Source of the DNA: Aplysia californica
Taxonomy: Eukaryota
Reading direction: 5' to 3'
Assembly (NCBI RefSeq): GCF_000002075.1
Contig: NW_004797633.1
Location: 347,047 to 411,046, forward strand
Length of the DNA stretch: 64,000 nucleotides
The notes under the pieces were generated by a model. That model did not search any database. It had not been told where the DNA came from and saw nothing but the letters and a program-made list of their open reading frames with translations. This document shows, piece by piece, positions 24,979 to 39,400 of the stretch; the stretch's first letter is position 1; each line of letters starts with the position of its first letter. The position numbers and the translations under genes were made by a program.

Positions 24979-25060
24979 CACTTTGCCACCTCATCTCACC
25001 GATTGGCGATGTTTACCACTCAGTGTCTTTGGATTGTCCCCAAAATATGATGGCAAAGTA
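24979..25060. mobile_element. Tiny TTAA-flanked (piggyBac-like) MITE
   Basis: TTAA-cactttgcca...tggcaaagta-TTAA; internal sequence shared with 39514-39650. Confidence 0.65.
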
Positions 25061-26041
25061 TTAAAGAGTTAGATACAAGTGACCCCTTGGTGCATCGAAG
25101 ATTTTAGACCTCTTTTCAGCACAACTTGGCAACTTCAGTGACAAGGTTTAGAAGAAACATCATTTTTGTGTTGATTTTGTGTTCATTTTTGTAGAATTTG
25201 GTAGAGTTAAAGAGTGACAGAAATTACACAGAACTTATTGAAACACCAAACTTCTGAGTAGCATTGGAAGGATTTTTATCTTTCTTCCCCAACTTTCATC
25301 TCTGATGTTCACACAGATTTTTCCAAGCTCCATTGCCCATAATTTGTCACATTGTGCTCCAGATAGCCGCAGAGCTCGTTGATGTGGTCTGATCTTTCAA
25401 ATTATTTCCAAGTGGTTTAAATTTTCTTTGTCAGTTCCCGATAAAAGGTTTTCACAATACACAGTATATTTTATGCACTGTCTTGCTGCTCACCAAAGTG
25501 CCAAGCACCTACTCTCCAAGAAAAAATGAACATAAAATTACCCCAAGAAACAAAATTGACGAACAAAAAACGAAAAAGTAATTAACCATAAGAAAAGGAG
25601 CCTACACCAGACATAATTTATGATTTTGTGCTTTCGAAGCCATACACAACCTTATATCATTATGTTGAGAAGTAAGATCTCGAAACAACCTTGGAGGTCC
25701 ATCAAACCAGCTGCTAGGCTACATGAAAGAAGCAGTATTCTACATCCCTTTAGACACAATAATGTGCTATCAGAGGCAAGAACTCTTGATCCACGGAGCT
25801 AATCTTATTGGAATCCAAATGTTCCAAAATTCACATAAAACTTGAGCCTGCTACATTTCCTCCCAAGTAAAAAAGGCACATTTGTTTTCACTGTCTGCCT
25901 ATTCAGTCATTTTTTAAAGACATTTAGTCATAATTATTAGAGCACAAACATTTGAAATTCTTATTCAAAACAAAAGCTTTAAAAAATAACGCCAACATTA
26001 CATTTTCTTTCACATTCAAGTTTTCACCACAAACCCATTCA

Positions 26042-26047
26042 TTTAAT
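26042..26047 (-). terminator. Candidate GANAB polyadenylation signal (ATTAAA)
   Basis: ATTAAA on the minus strand at the end of a ~1.3-kb stretch that is U-rich on the minus strand, downstream of the stop codon. Not verified by transcript data. Confidence 0.3.
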
Positions 26048-27304
26048 TAAAAATACTCTTTGAGAGAGTCTACGAGTCAATAAAAATACATAAAAGACTA
26101 TTTGATTTTGGATCGCTGTTTATTATCAGTTACTACATTGACTGTCTTAATCACAAGCATGAGCAACAATTGAGAAACAAGGTAACAAAACAAAATATCC
26201 AAACAAATTTGCAAAACCTGACAACAATTTTTTGAGGGCCATAACAAAACAAAGGACAGTAGCGCTGTGCTGACACAATCATTAAAGCTCAAGAAGTTAA
26301 AACGAAAAGAAATTTGAAAAATTTGCGTGCATTGTTAAACAGAAAGTAAACAGTGAATACATTATTATGTCTTTTTAGAACAAATCAGACAGGGTCAAAA
26401 GAAGGAAATAGAACAGGAAAGATGTGATTCGAGTCAAAATAAAAAATTTTACAACTCAACGTTATTACATGTTTTACTCTAAAAACATAAGTACAATGGC
26501 ATAGCTTTATTTTTTAAAGAGTAAGTATAAAAAGACAAAGAATTACCACTGGTCCATAAAAGAAGTTTTCAAATTATTCATTGTGGAGAACTCATCTAAC
26601 CTCACCCCTTTAAATAACAACACATCCCATCATTACATGACACTTTCATCATCGCTCATTTTACCCTTTGTGGTTTGTTAATCAACTCCTGTGATCTTTT
26701 TCGCACTTATGGATTCTATCATACAAAAACCTCTGCATGCACTGGACAGAGACCGACTCCCTTAGCTTTCATGCTGTGGCTGCGGCAGCCCACTTCACGT
26801 ACCCAAAATCATCAGATTCACATCACAACAGTATTCATCTAAAAATTTGGTCACATCTAGAGATACAAAACATCTGAGCCTCCAAAACACACATAACGTA
26901 TCAATGAGGTATAAAAAAAATAATACCAAGCAATAACAATGGTTTTAAACTGTCCACAAAAAAAATTTATGTGCTTTTGATATTTTCAAAAAGTGCTAAA
27001 CAATTAAAAATAAACATCAAAGATAATTCACCTCACCAACATTTTATCCCATCACTTTATCGAAAGGAACAAGTATCATTGCATACCAAGATCCTTTATT
27101 TCTTTTTTGACATCTCCGGATTAATTAGAACTATGGGAATGCTGCACTCAACAAATTACATCATGAAAAAAAAAGTCATATCACAAAGGGCAAAAATTAA
27201 CAACACACAAATCGAACACTCAAAGTACTAAAAAAAGGGAAATTTAATTAGCTCTCCAAACGTAAATTTTCCAGAATCAAATTAGTAATGGACATCAGCA
27301 TGCA

Positions 27305-27414
27305 TTAGTGCAGATTGATTATCCATTTTTCTGCCACATTCACACCTGGTTTTCGTATAGTGAGCACTTTGCTCTGAGCATCATATGTGTGGCCCAGCTC
27401 CATCTTCGTTCCAT
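27305..27414 (-). CDS. GANAB: GANAB last coding exon
   Basis: [35 protein letters not shown] (TAA at 27307-27305). Confidence 0.9.
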
Positions 27415-30400
27415 CTGCAGAAGAGACAAAAGAACATCGTGGGCCTGTTTATTTCATCGCCACTCTTTCATGCAAGGCAACACAGTAAGTGCATTAATAT
27501 ACTATGAAGACCAGTGGAAAAATGATCAGTCACAAACTCAGTATCACGTAATTATTGAACCTGGTACATTACCACAGGCACTAATTGAACTTTCATGGAT
27601 TACTGAACACTGTCAAGCCTAACAAGGGCTCACTCCCGAGTAATAAAATTAAGTCATTTTTATATTGAAATTTCATTGATATATTTTTCAACACAATCTA
27701 TTGTAGAGATTATTGACCTTTTTGCTGGACTATATCATGATCATGAAGGTGTCAATATGCTTTTCTCCGACTCGGCAATGATTTTTTTAAAGCAACATCA
27801 CGCAAGGCTTTTATAAACATTTAATACAGTATAAGAAGAAACAATTGAAAGAAATGTTTTTTTGGAGTCTAGAAATTTTGCCTTCATTAATACGAACACT
27901 TCATTCTATTAAATAGAGAGATTTAAAACAACCCCAAGATCCATACTGTGGAGACAATTTTAAAAAACAACTAAATATATGAACAATTTTAAAGCATAAT
28001 GAGACAATCACAATATTGACATTTTGAGAAATAGTAAAACCTGCTCTAACGAGCAAATGTCCAAAACAATCACCTGTGAAAACGACCACTTCCCACTTTC
28101 CCTTTTGCATTTTTTACCACATTGTAATAATACTGTCCAAGAGGACCACTGTTTTCCTCAACAGTGGGTGGTCTTCTTTGACAAGTTCAACTGTACTTAG
28201 TTATTTTCTAATTTTAAAGCCACAGACTACCTTGTTTGAGATCTGTCTATTCTGTTCTGTTTATAAAAATATAATATAAAGTTGAACCTGCTCTAAGGGC
28301 CACCTGTCCAAGACAATCACCTGTACTGTACAAATACAAATGACCCCTTCCCAGTCTGTCTGTCCATCTTATCCTCCCCTCGACTGCATTTTTAAAAAAG
28401 AAATTATACTGAACTGTTCTTCACGTCTGCCTGCCTAAGACAACCACGTTGTCCTCAACAATGAGTGGCTGTCTTCGACAATTTTTTCGACTACATGACA
28501 TTTTGAGGGAAGAGATTTTGGTATTGGACGAGACTTTTTTTTTTTTTTTAAAGAATATTGAAACGTTACAACTTTGACATTTGGGGTATGTCTGGTCTTG
28601 CCCTGAAACTGTGCATAAAAAAAAAGTTATAGAACCCAATCCCAGTCATGTTGTAAAGCCAACCTACCTGGCTTCACCAGATGGATCTTTTTGGGCTCGG
28701 TGTTGACACCAGCCACTACCACTCGCTCCAACCACTCCTTTGTGGTAAAACCTTCACCCTTGAACTTGACACTGCAGAGATTTTCATTTAAAGAGTACAT
28801 CAATCATCAATGAGCGTCTTGACTAGCATGCACGCACGCATGCACACACATATACACACCCACCCATACATCCCCACACAGAACAGGTTGAGATTTTGTA
28901 AGGATGAAAATCGTAACTCTTGAGAGGTAGATGGTTTGTTTGATCGCTTGTTTGATTAAAGAGAGGCACATCAACACAATAACTGGCATTTAGTGCATGG
29001 AAAACGATAAAATAACACAATTGGTGGGAAACAGGAAGGCCCTCCAACCCACCTAAGATGGTGAATAATATGAGTTGTAGTGGACAGTTCATCAGGGATG
29101 GACTGGGACAACAGTGACAGTACTATGAAGAAACAAAGGTAGCAGATCACTCCACAGAGAACCAAAAAATTAAAATTAAAAAGACTAACAGAAAGTGGGG
29201 AAACAACTTCACGGGGTTCTTCAAAGATCTTTGTGATTTGATTTTTACCAAAACAGTAGAACAAATGAAAGCAGAAATTTGTTTGTGTTTTAACTCGATC
29301 AGACTGTTTAATGAACAATTTACTATGTAAAGAAATTTTTTTTAAGTTTTCAAAAACCTTTCATATAGAATCTAGGTAATGCTTATCGCTTGCGGTGTTG
29401 GTGAATTTCTTAGACAATGAGTCAGTGGGGTTGGAAAAGGAGAAAAAAAAGTGTGTGGCAGCAATATCCATTTTAGTTTCATGTGGTGCGGATTAATTTC
29501 TTGATGCGAGATCAATAAGGTACACATTGTCACTGTTAAAATCTGAGACTCCTTTTACAACACAAAATAAAGCAATGACCACGGTTATAAGGGAGAAAAT
29601 ACTCACACGCAAAAAGAGCACAAAGCCATAGAGTAACAGCATAAATGCTAATTTATCTTCTTTTTCTTTATTCACAAGACTGATCGCTCTTGGAATGACA
29701 ATAACAGGTTTCTAATGCTTGTTTAAGACTTACACGGTCAACTATCCCTCCACAAGTGTGCAGTCTTTCACACATTATCTTACCTGTTTTCCAGTTTGAA
29801 GTTGTGGAAAGACAGCTCAGTAAGGGCATACTGTCCATTTCTGTATCCATAGGAGTGGTAGTCGTCAAAATAGAGCTGCCCTCCTGCTTTTCCCTGTAGA
29901 TGACAAATATTAAAAATGCCATAAAAACTGCTCACTCTGTTATATAAAGAAAACACATAAACAAAGCAAATCTCATTTTTTTCACAAAGCCTGAACTACG
30001 AGGAAGGTCATGGACACAAACATATCAATTCCTTGTACATCTAAACACTGATGTTCACGTGTGTTATTCTATCAGAGAGGTTGCAGTTCCTCATGATGAG
30101 TTTACAGTCCATTATCACAATTCCTCCCTTCCTCCCTGGGTGGACTAATCTGCAGCCAACTGAGACCAATTCAAAGAATTAAAAATTCCACAAATATTTT
30201 TAATGAGCTTGATGCACAAACAAATCAAACAGAGAAAACAGCAACTTTACATGTACTGAGGAAAAACAATGTTGCCAAGTTCACGTTCAAGGCAAGTTAA
30301 ATGAAAACAAAACTTCATCATGTACTGATTTTGATTTTTTTTAAAATATATATTAAAAAAAAGAAGCAGCACACACTAGCGCACCACCCAAATGCCTGCA

Positions 30401-33400
30401 GGGAACTAAACCAGGTCAACATACCTGCTTATCCAGGCACACAATGAGTGTGAAGGGATCGTTGTACATCAGGGACGCTGCCCTCCTGCCTCTCATCTTT
30501 CGAGGAACGATAGATCCTCCTCGCTGGAAGGCAGGGAGCTTGAAAAAAAATTCATATGTTAATAATAAGTCCATTCATACGTTAATAATAAGTCCACAAT
30601 TATCCAATAAAAACATATACAATACAGAGCTTTTGGAATCTTTTTAGGTTTCCAACTAGCTTACTCCAGAGGCAAGTACAGAAAAAAGTTGAAAACTTGG
30701 AGGTCCCATGCACAAGTGGCACACACTCAAGATACCTCAACAACTGAACGTAGAAGAAGGGAAAGATACTAATGATACCACCGGCTATCCTTGTAGAATT
30801 TCAAAGTTAACTCCTGTAATATCATGACAGGATATGTTAAGGGCCACTATTAACATAATTTACATCATTTAGGGGGCACATTGTTTTGAACCTGCTTGTC
30901 TGGGCTAAACCAGCCTGAGAGACGGATACATCATCCCGGCAGAATAGAAAGATACTCGATTGAAAAAATCCTCCACACTTAAAGTTTAGTAAGGGTTTTA
31001 CCGCGCTCACAACTGCATAAGGTCATATGAGCATGCGAAACAAGTTGGTTTTATTCTCAATAGTTCACCGCACGGCCTGATTTTGGTCAATATTTCTAAT
31101 TAAAAAGTTAAAATGCTAAAAATTGAGGGTAAATAGATTCTCCTCACTTAGAAATCGATTGAAATAAAACTAAAATAAAACTGACTCGACATGAACACTT
31201 CATACCTTAGAAAGTGGAGCTTCCACATTCGCTTCCTGGCGTCCAGGGTACGTCTTATAAGTGTCGATGTCATACCAAACCTGAATATATTGAAAACATA
31301 ATTAGTCTAATTAGTCTGAGTTTCTGATAAACTAACAGAGCACAGTAATGATACCTACGGACATAATTCTGTGGTCCCGTTTTTTTCAAAGACAAAGTTC
31401 AAAACATATTGGGGGGAGGGGGATCTTATCTCATACAACTCGCACTCCAGAACAAGGAAAGCATACAAAATAAAATCCAGCTCACATGGCAGACAGTAAT
31501 CATAACTGGCCCCTATAAATCAACCAGTCCAATCATTCATACATGGCAATAACAGCTTCCAAGTGAATGATTTAAGTTTGAAAAGCTGGGTTTACAAGTG
31601 ATGATGATGTCAATCTTATTTTTTTAAACTTACAAAGTAGAGACTGCCTAACATCTAAAACATAGATGCGCAAGTTAAAAAATTCGTCTTCACTGATTTC
31701 TAGTAGACAGAAATCCATCTTCTGATGGCTTGCTTTCATTCATGCTTATCTCCATGCTTCACTTTCTGGACAGAATCCAATTGTATTTTGAGAGCAAAGA
31801 AAAGGTCATTCAGTGCTAGAGACAGACAGACATTAGTAAGAGAAATGGGAAAAAAAAGTAGCCGCAACTGGTAGCATTTTCCAACTGCTTGCATCAAATT
31901 TATGACCACTGCATTTTTATAACTCAATTAATGTCTAACTGCGACACATAAAATGATTGGTTCAGAAGAACACCCATTAACAGCAAAGTAAGCACAAATG
32001 CCGTTTCTCTGGTAACAGTTTTCCAAAGGGACATATTTACTCCGACATGCACAAAGGAAAACAAAGCTTACCGTGTTTTCTCCTGGGAAGTAAACGGCAA
32101 TGTCCGTCTGGCCCTGGTCAACAACAGGCTTGACAAGGATGGCATCACCTGCGTGAGACAGAACAAACAACAACCTAGTTAGTTTTAGTAGAGATTTTAC
32201 GGTGCTCGCAATTGCATAAGGTCATAAGAGCGCCAGAAGATTAGAGGTATTACAAGAGAGTAACAAACATAAAAAAGAAGAAGGGGAGATAAGGATGATA
32301 GATGTTTGATAGGAAAGAAGGAACAAACCACACCAGACCACCCGCCAACCATCCACTTAACAACAATCTAACACTTGCATTCTCACACCTTTAACGCAAC
32401 TAAACAAGAGTCACTATGGCGAAAGAACTGTTGGGGTAAAGACAAGCAGATCGACACAATAACAGTCATTTAGTACTTGGGGAAAAGTAAGACAGACAGA
32501 GGAAAAGAAAAGAAGCAGGACTAGGACCTAGGAGTGGTGCCCTCCAATCACCCTTGCGAAGGAACTACTCCATGATGCAAAGACTACTCACCTACATACT
32601 CAAAAGTCTACATTTTTTTAAAGTAAAGCTATACATGGCAGTTCCCTGACTCAAAGGTGAATTAAAAATATGAGAGGGGGGTTCTCGTGGTTTAGAGGTG
32701 CGGCGTTCACTTCTCATTCAATAGGTCCCGAGTTCGAAACCAGACAGCGACTGAAAATTTCCTTCTCTGAAATGTTCTCCTTTCACCTCCTTTCCTGCTC
32801 TCTAACCATCTTCTGTTATCTGCTTTCGTCTCCACTTTCTTCCCCCCCTCCCCCCTACTCTGAGCTCCTGACTCTTCTGCAGCCTTCCTACTGCGACTGC
32901 TTGGCTCCGTCTTACTGCTGTCTTTCAGCCAAACCCCTGATCTTAGGTAAGATCTAACACCTTGCCTCCTCAAGTATAAACGAAGAATCATGGAGGCTTC
33001 GTGTGCAAGTTGTACACGTTAAAGATCCCTTGGTGGTCCTAATATCAATAAGAGTTAGCTTTGGTCAAATTAATTCCGACCATACTAAAAATGATTAATG
33101 TGTCCTGCGCGCTCATATGACCAGATGCAGTTGTGAGTGCTGTAAACTTATCATAACAAACAAAAGACTACTCGTCTACATAAGTCTACATTGAGAAGTT
33201 GAGATATACATGGCAGTTACCTGACTCAGAAGAGAATTTAAAATATGAAAAATCATACAGTAATCTATATAAAGTGGACAACTGAAAATATTGGTGAGAG
33301 AAAGAACACAGGAAATAAGCACATTTACAGCCATGTTTTAACAATGAACTGAATTTTTAAAAAGATAACACAGCAAATTTGTCCCAAGGAATAGAAAATA

Positions 33401-36400
33401 CTACTGTACCCATCAACCGCCGGAATATTTACAGGTACAATAAACTCACTTCTACAACATGCAGAGGACAACAAAAGGTTCTTTTTTTCTTTTGCTTTCA
33501 GTCCCTTTTCTATGTGTATGAATTAATGAGGTTTTGAAAGTATGAAAAAAAGGTATTCGTGTTCCCATTTTCAGATCGTTTTCATAATAGCTATTCTACA
33601 AAATAACATTTCTATATCTTGATATTTTTGCAACAACTGCAACACATGCAACAGAAGAGAAGACCACATAAGACATGCATTTAATGAAGGAGAGGTATTA
33701 ACAAGCTTGTTAACTTTTTCAAAACCCAAGTAGACATCTAATATTGTAATATGAAATTGTCTGACAACGAACAAAATTACATTGAGTAGGACTGGACTCA
33801 ATTTGGTGCACTTCAGTATAAATCAGTTAAAAAGACTCTTAATCCTGTTCCTGTACTGTTCAGACACTATAGAAATGCATGTGCAGGGACAAAAAATTTA
33901 CAGATCATATTAAATACATTTTGTATCAAGAAGTCAGGCAAAATCCAAACAATTTAATGTGAATCACAATTTCTGTATTTATACAGAAAGAGTGGACCTC
34001 TGGGTCAAGTGTATGTGATAAGACTTTAAAATTCAAAGACGGTGCTGTGAAGTCTGGCATAGTCGCCAAGCCTGTATTCAATAATAAAGCACTCACCCAG
34101 AAGATACTCATCGTCCATGGCAAACACGTTGGTCTCCTTAGGGTACTCCATCCAGATGGCTCTCATGACGGGCATGCCAGTGGTCTCCGACTCATGGAAC
34201 AGCTGGTACCAGAAGGGCAGGTAGGTGTAGCGCTTCTTGATAGCCTCCCGCGCCACCACCATGTACGCCTCCGGCAGCAGGTATGGCTCACGGCGTTTTG
34301 TGTCGATGTGGGCATGGGCACGGAAAAATGGTTGGAAGACTCCAGCCTAACAGGAAAAAAAGACATAAGAAGGGTAGACAGAAGATGTTCTGACACTGGA
34401 TGGGTTCAATTCTAAAACAGCATAATCATCAACAACCGGTGCCTTTCTTAAACATGGCATTTGTCCTAAATTGAAAAACTAAGTAATTTTTTGGCCAAAG
34501 AATTCAGCTTTTCAAACAAATCACATCTAGAGTGAGTTTTTTAGTTTTAGTAAGAGTTTTACGGCACTTGCAACACAATAAGGTCATATAAGTGCTGAAG
34601 ATTAGAGGTGTTACAAGAGAGTAACAAACACAAAAAGAAAAGGAGGGGACATAAAGACAATAGATTTTTTATAAGAAAGAAGAAGCAAACCACACCAGAG
34701 CACCCGCCAACCACCCACTAAAAGAAAGCAACGATACAGCCACATCCACATTATACATAATCATCTAAAGTATTCATTAAAAAAGTACTTGTCTTACAAC
34801 GGTGAACTCACCTGGTACCACCTCGTCAAGAGCTCATTGTCAGGATTCTTGAAGAAGCCTCCGACATCAGCACCAGAGAAATGTATGCCAGCCAGATTCA
34901 GAGACAGCATCATCGGTACGGTCATCTTCAGATGGCTCCACTCTCCCATGTTGTCTCCAGTCCAGACCGCACCTGAGAAGGGAATAGCCATTGTTATAAT
35001 ACAGCGTTGTGACAAGAGTGATATAATGTGATGCTCTGACCTGGGCCTATCTTATTTGTTTACTATACAACATGAAACTGTCGAGGCAAACTTTTCTCTT
35101 TTTTCAATCAATATTTCATTTACCTAATGATTTCTAATTTGTGAACACAGAAATAAACACAGCTTTTTGATTTTCAGGTCCACTTACTTGTACTGTGGAC
35201 CACCCTCATTCAAAACAAAAATATGTATTCGTCTGAGTTTGGCATATCAGAGATTAATCTATTCAAATATTCCCTTGTACCTTCTTTGTAAGCTGTAAAA
35301 TAATATAGGAATGGTCATGTCAACTATTAGTTTAGTGATATCAAGCATTTTGAATAAAACTGGCAATTGCAATTCTGACAGATTGACACAAAGGCAAAGG
35401 AAACACACACTTTCTTTAAAAAAATGTTGAGAAAACTTATATCATGACATGACCTTAAGTTCAAAGACCTTCGATCATGTACTTGGGTATTGTCTAACAA
35501 CACACACACAACAACTTACTTGTCCTCTGGCTTCCAGCGAAGAAAGCTCTGGTCAACACAAAAGGCCTCTCCTGGTAATTACTTCTTTTAAGAAGACCAT
35601 CAAAAGTAGCGTCATGCTGAAAGTACCAATCAATAATACTAATCAATATTTCAACCTGTCTCTTCACCCACAATACAGTGCAACCAAATCTGAATCTGCT
35701 GAGCAATCTCTCAGCAGGAAAAAGTCCCTGAACAGCCCTGACTATCCTTTAGAAATCATAAAAGGAAAAGCTTGTACAGTTTCACAGATGCTATAAAGGG
35801 AATCAAACCTAAAGTTCTTTTTTTTTTACTTAAGGATATTAAAACAATTTCAATAGAAACTTCATTTTCCCAGTACACATATGTATGTATATATATATAT
35901 ACACTGTGGAATCTACTTACAGTGAATACACTTAATCCAAACCAGCAGTTAATAGAAAGAAAATAAAATCCTGGAGGTTTTTTTCCTTAGCTGTTCGAGC
36001 AATCTCTCGAAACTAAAAATACTACTAAACCGACAAAAATGAAGCAGTCCTGCAGATTTCAGTATAAGAGGACTCCATTGTATATTTACTTCTTACATTT
36101 GAGAGAAAAGAGCAGTAACAATTTTAGAAGACAATAAATAAAAAGCCACTGACCACTAGCTTTCCAAACAGGTTGTGGACCTCTCGGTTCTCTCGCCCAG
36201 ACAAATGTTTTACGTCCTTCGGAAAAGTTATTTCAGGCGCATTGAACACCGAAGGTTCGTTCATGTCGTTCCACACAAAGAGGTTATCGGCCGTGCCAAC
36301 ATACTTGTCCAGGGCAAACTGATCAGCCCACCAGTCACGCACATGCTTCTCCATGAAGTCAGGCCAGCTGGAGGAACCTGAAGAGGTACAAAGAGGCAGA

Positions 36401-39400
36401 AATACAGTAGTAAGTACTCCCTTGAATATCACGATGATGAGGGTTATCTTCATGAACCTCTTATATAATAGAATAAAATCCAGAAGCAAAAATAATATAT
36501 TCATTACGCATCTTGTGTCTTCATAAACTCTTCCTACACTCTTATAAACCTCTCCAGTGCTCTCAAAAACACTTTCAATTCAGAGCATGAAAGACCAATG
36601 GTATTAAAAACATTTAAAATTTGTATATCTTGGTTAGTCATCTTAGTCTCCCAATAGCACTTCCCTGGTTTTCCTATTTCTGACTAGGAAAAAAAATGCA
36701 ATGTACTGAAGCCATTAAATGTGAATAATGTTAAGACAGGGATTTTGTCAAACTTCTTTTCATTTTCTTAAAACAAGATTTTCTACTTTGTTGCATTTCC
36801 TTTAAAAAAAATTTAAAAACATTCATAAAGTTTATTTAATGCCCCTTGAAAATTTTACAACATTTAAAAAAATTACCCTTTCCATTTAAATGATGAGAGA
36901 GGACACAAAAATTAGAAAGACATGTGTTGAAGTACCAAGCTCGGTTAGAAACTTAGAACCAGGATCAGTGTGAAACTCGGGAGAACCAACTCAAGGTTAA
37001 ATTCAAAGAATCAAGCTCAGCGTGCAACTTGGAGAACCAAGCTCATTGTGAAACTCGGAGAACCACGCTCATTGTGAAACCCGGAGAACCATGCTCATTG
37101 TGAGACTCATAGAACCACGCTCATTGTGAAACTTGGACAACCACTCATTGGGAAACTCGGAGAACCACGCTCATTGTGAAACTTGGACAACCACGTTCAT
37201 TGTGAAACTTGGACAACCACACTCATTGGGAAACTCGGAGAACCACGCTCATTGTGAAACTCGGAGAACCATGCTCATTGTGAAACTCGGAGAACCACAC
37301 TCATTGAGAAACTTTCCTGCCAGACCCACCTGGCCAGCACCAGCCATCAAAGTCATTGCCGTCCTTGTTCTTCACCAGGAGCCCCTTGTCCCGAGCATCG
37401 CTGTACACGCGGTAACCGTCTTCACGTTTCAGATGGGGGTCCACAATGGTCACCATCCTGCGGCCCTTCGATGAAAGGTTCCTCAGCATCTCAATGGAGT
37501 TGGAGAAGCGGCTGCCATCCCAGGTGAAGTATCTGTACAACGACAGAAAAGCAAAAGTTTAGTTTTAGTTTTATTAAAAGTTTTACGGCACTCACAACAC
37601 ACTAAGGTCATATAAGTGCTGAAGAAAAGATGTGTTACAAGAGAGCAACATACATAAAAAAGAAGGAGGACTTATAAGGACAATAGATGTTTGATTGGAC
37701 AGAAAGAGCAAACCACACAAGAGCAACAGAGTTGCGGTATACAAGAGGCAGAACAACAGCCACATACTACACTCAATATCACAGACTATAGACCATCAAT
37801 AATTTATTTATAGATGCACCAGCCATCGATGTCTTGGTGCTGTTTTGGCCTCTAAAAATTCAGGGCAATAAAAACAATTCTAATGAGTAGAAAGAGCAGA
37901 CTACTAGAAGAGCACAAGCTACTGGCTGCATAAAAAGTGAATCAATCAGACAAACATGAACATGAGAAAACAAGTGCACAAAGGAGACACATCATGAACT
38001 AGTTAAAGGACACATATTTATAAATGTTTTAATTACTTTTTTTTAGTAGGGGTTTTACGGCACTCGCAACTGCATAAGGTCACATGAGCGCCAAGGGGTG
38101 GATGTCAACAGAGAAGTCCTTACAGGGAATCGAGCTTACTCTGCTCACTTCTCTAGCTTCAACAGCACAAAGTCTGCTTCCACTATCAAGGCACCCTGGA
38201 AATAGCGGGTCACAAGAGTGTGACAAACATACAAAAGAAGTAGAGGGAAAATGACGATAGTAAGGATAAGGAAAGAAAAAGCAGCAGTTCAAGCACAGTT
38301 ATGAGCATGACATTCATGAATCATGAACCAATTCTTTTGTGTATAAGAACATTAATGTCTCCCCTTTGGGAATGGTCTAAAGATACTTCAGTCAGTAGTA
38401 CAGCCCCGGGGGGGGGGGGGGGGGGGGGGGTTAATTACTTTACATGGACTGAGGTTAATCTATTTTTCAAAAATAAAGTCAAAGAAATCTGTTTACTTAA
38501 AACACTGGGCATTACACTATTATAGTTAATATATTATCACAATGATCTGTTCAATTATCACCCTAATCATCAATAATACCAGTATTTTTGTAGCAGTTAT
38601 TCTTTGAAACTGCACATAAAGCGGACCAATGTATCTTTCAAGACAAATCAGTTTGGCCCGGGGGGAAAAAAAAGTTATATTTATCTAAAAGGCGTACTTT
38701 TTAGAATCTGTATGTTCGATGTCCAGCCATATCACATCAAATGGAATGTCAAATTTGTCCATCGTCTGATCCACACTGAAAAAAAGACATAAAAAAGAAC
38801 AGTAGCATGGCAAAAAAGATTAACATAACAAGAAGATATAAGCAACCTACAACAAAAGGTATAAATACTCAAGTGCCCATACAGCAACCTAATGCTAAAA
38901 AAGCAAGGAAACTGATAACTACAAACCGCACAAAAAGTAATAAAACTGACCACAAAAAAAAATACATCTACACCTTAAAACAAACCCTTACGGTAATGAA
39001 CACACATCACAATTAAGTAATATGCCTTCCCTTTATCCAACATGAGACTAACCGTCACTGGAGTGTGCGTCTCTGAACAGCACTCTTATAACCCATACTC
39101 AAAAAACAGAGTGAGGAGGAGCAAATAGTCTTTGTTCATATGAGCTTATCGATTTATTACTTTCTTTGTAAGGACGATATAACCCTGTATCATATGTTAG
39201 CTTTTGTACATGAGAAAGCAAGAAAAATATTCCGAAAGGTAAAAAAAAAAGTGTATTTTTCTCTTCTCCTTTCCCTCTTTTTCATGCATTCAAATACAAT
39301 ACATTCACTTACTTTCTCACATCGTCTTGGTCATTGTAATTCCATCTGCATTGGTGATAAGCCAGAGACCACAGCTATAAAGAAAAAGAAAATATGCTAG

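Noticed and set aside
20905-27304. Overlap of the convergent 3' UTRs
   Set aside because: Cannot be established from sequence. Base skew suggests separate UTRs with a repeat-containing spacer; 3'-end sequencing is needed.
36938-37312. 26-bp repeats superficially like a CRISPR array
   Set aside because: Units are contiguous with no unique spacers, there are no cas genes, and the array is in a eukaryotic intron.
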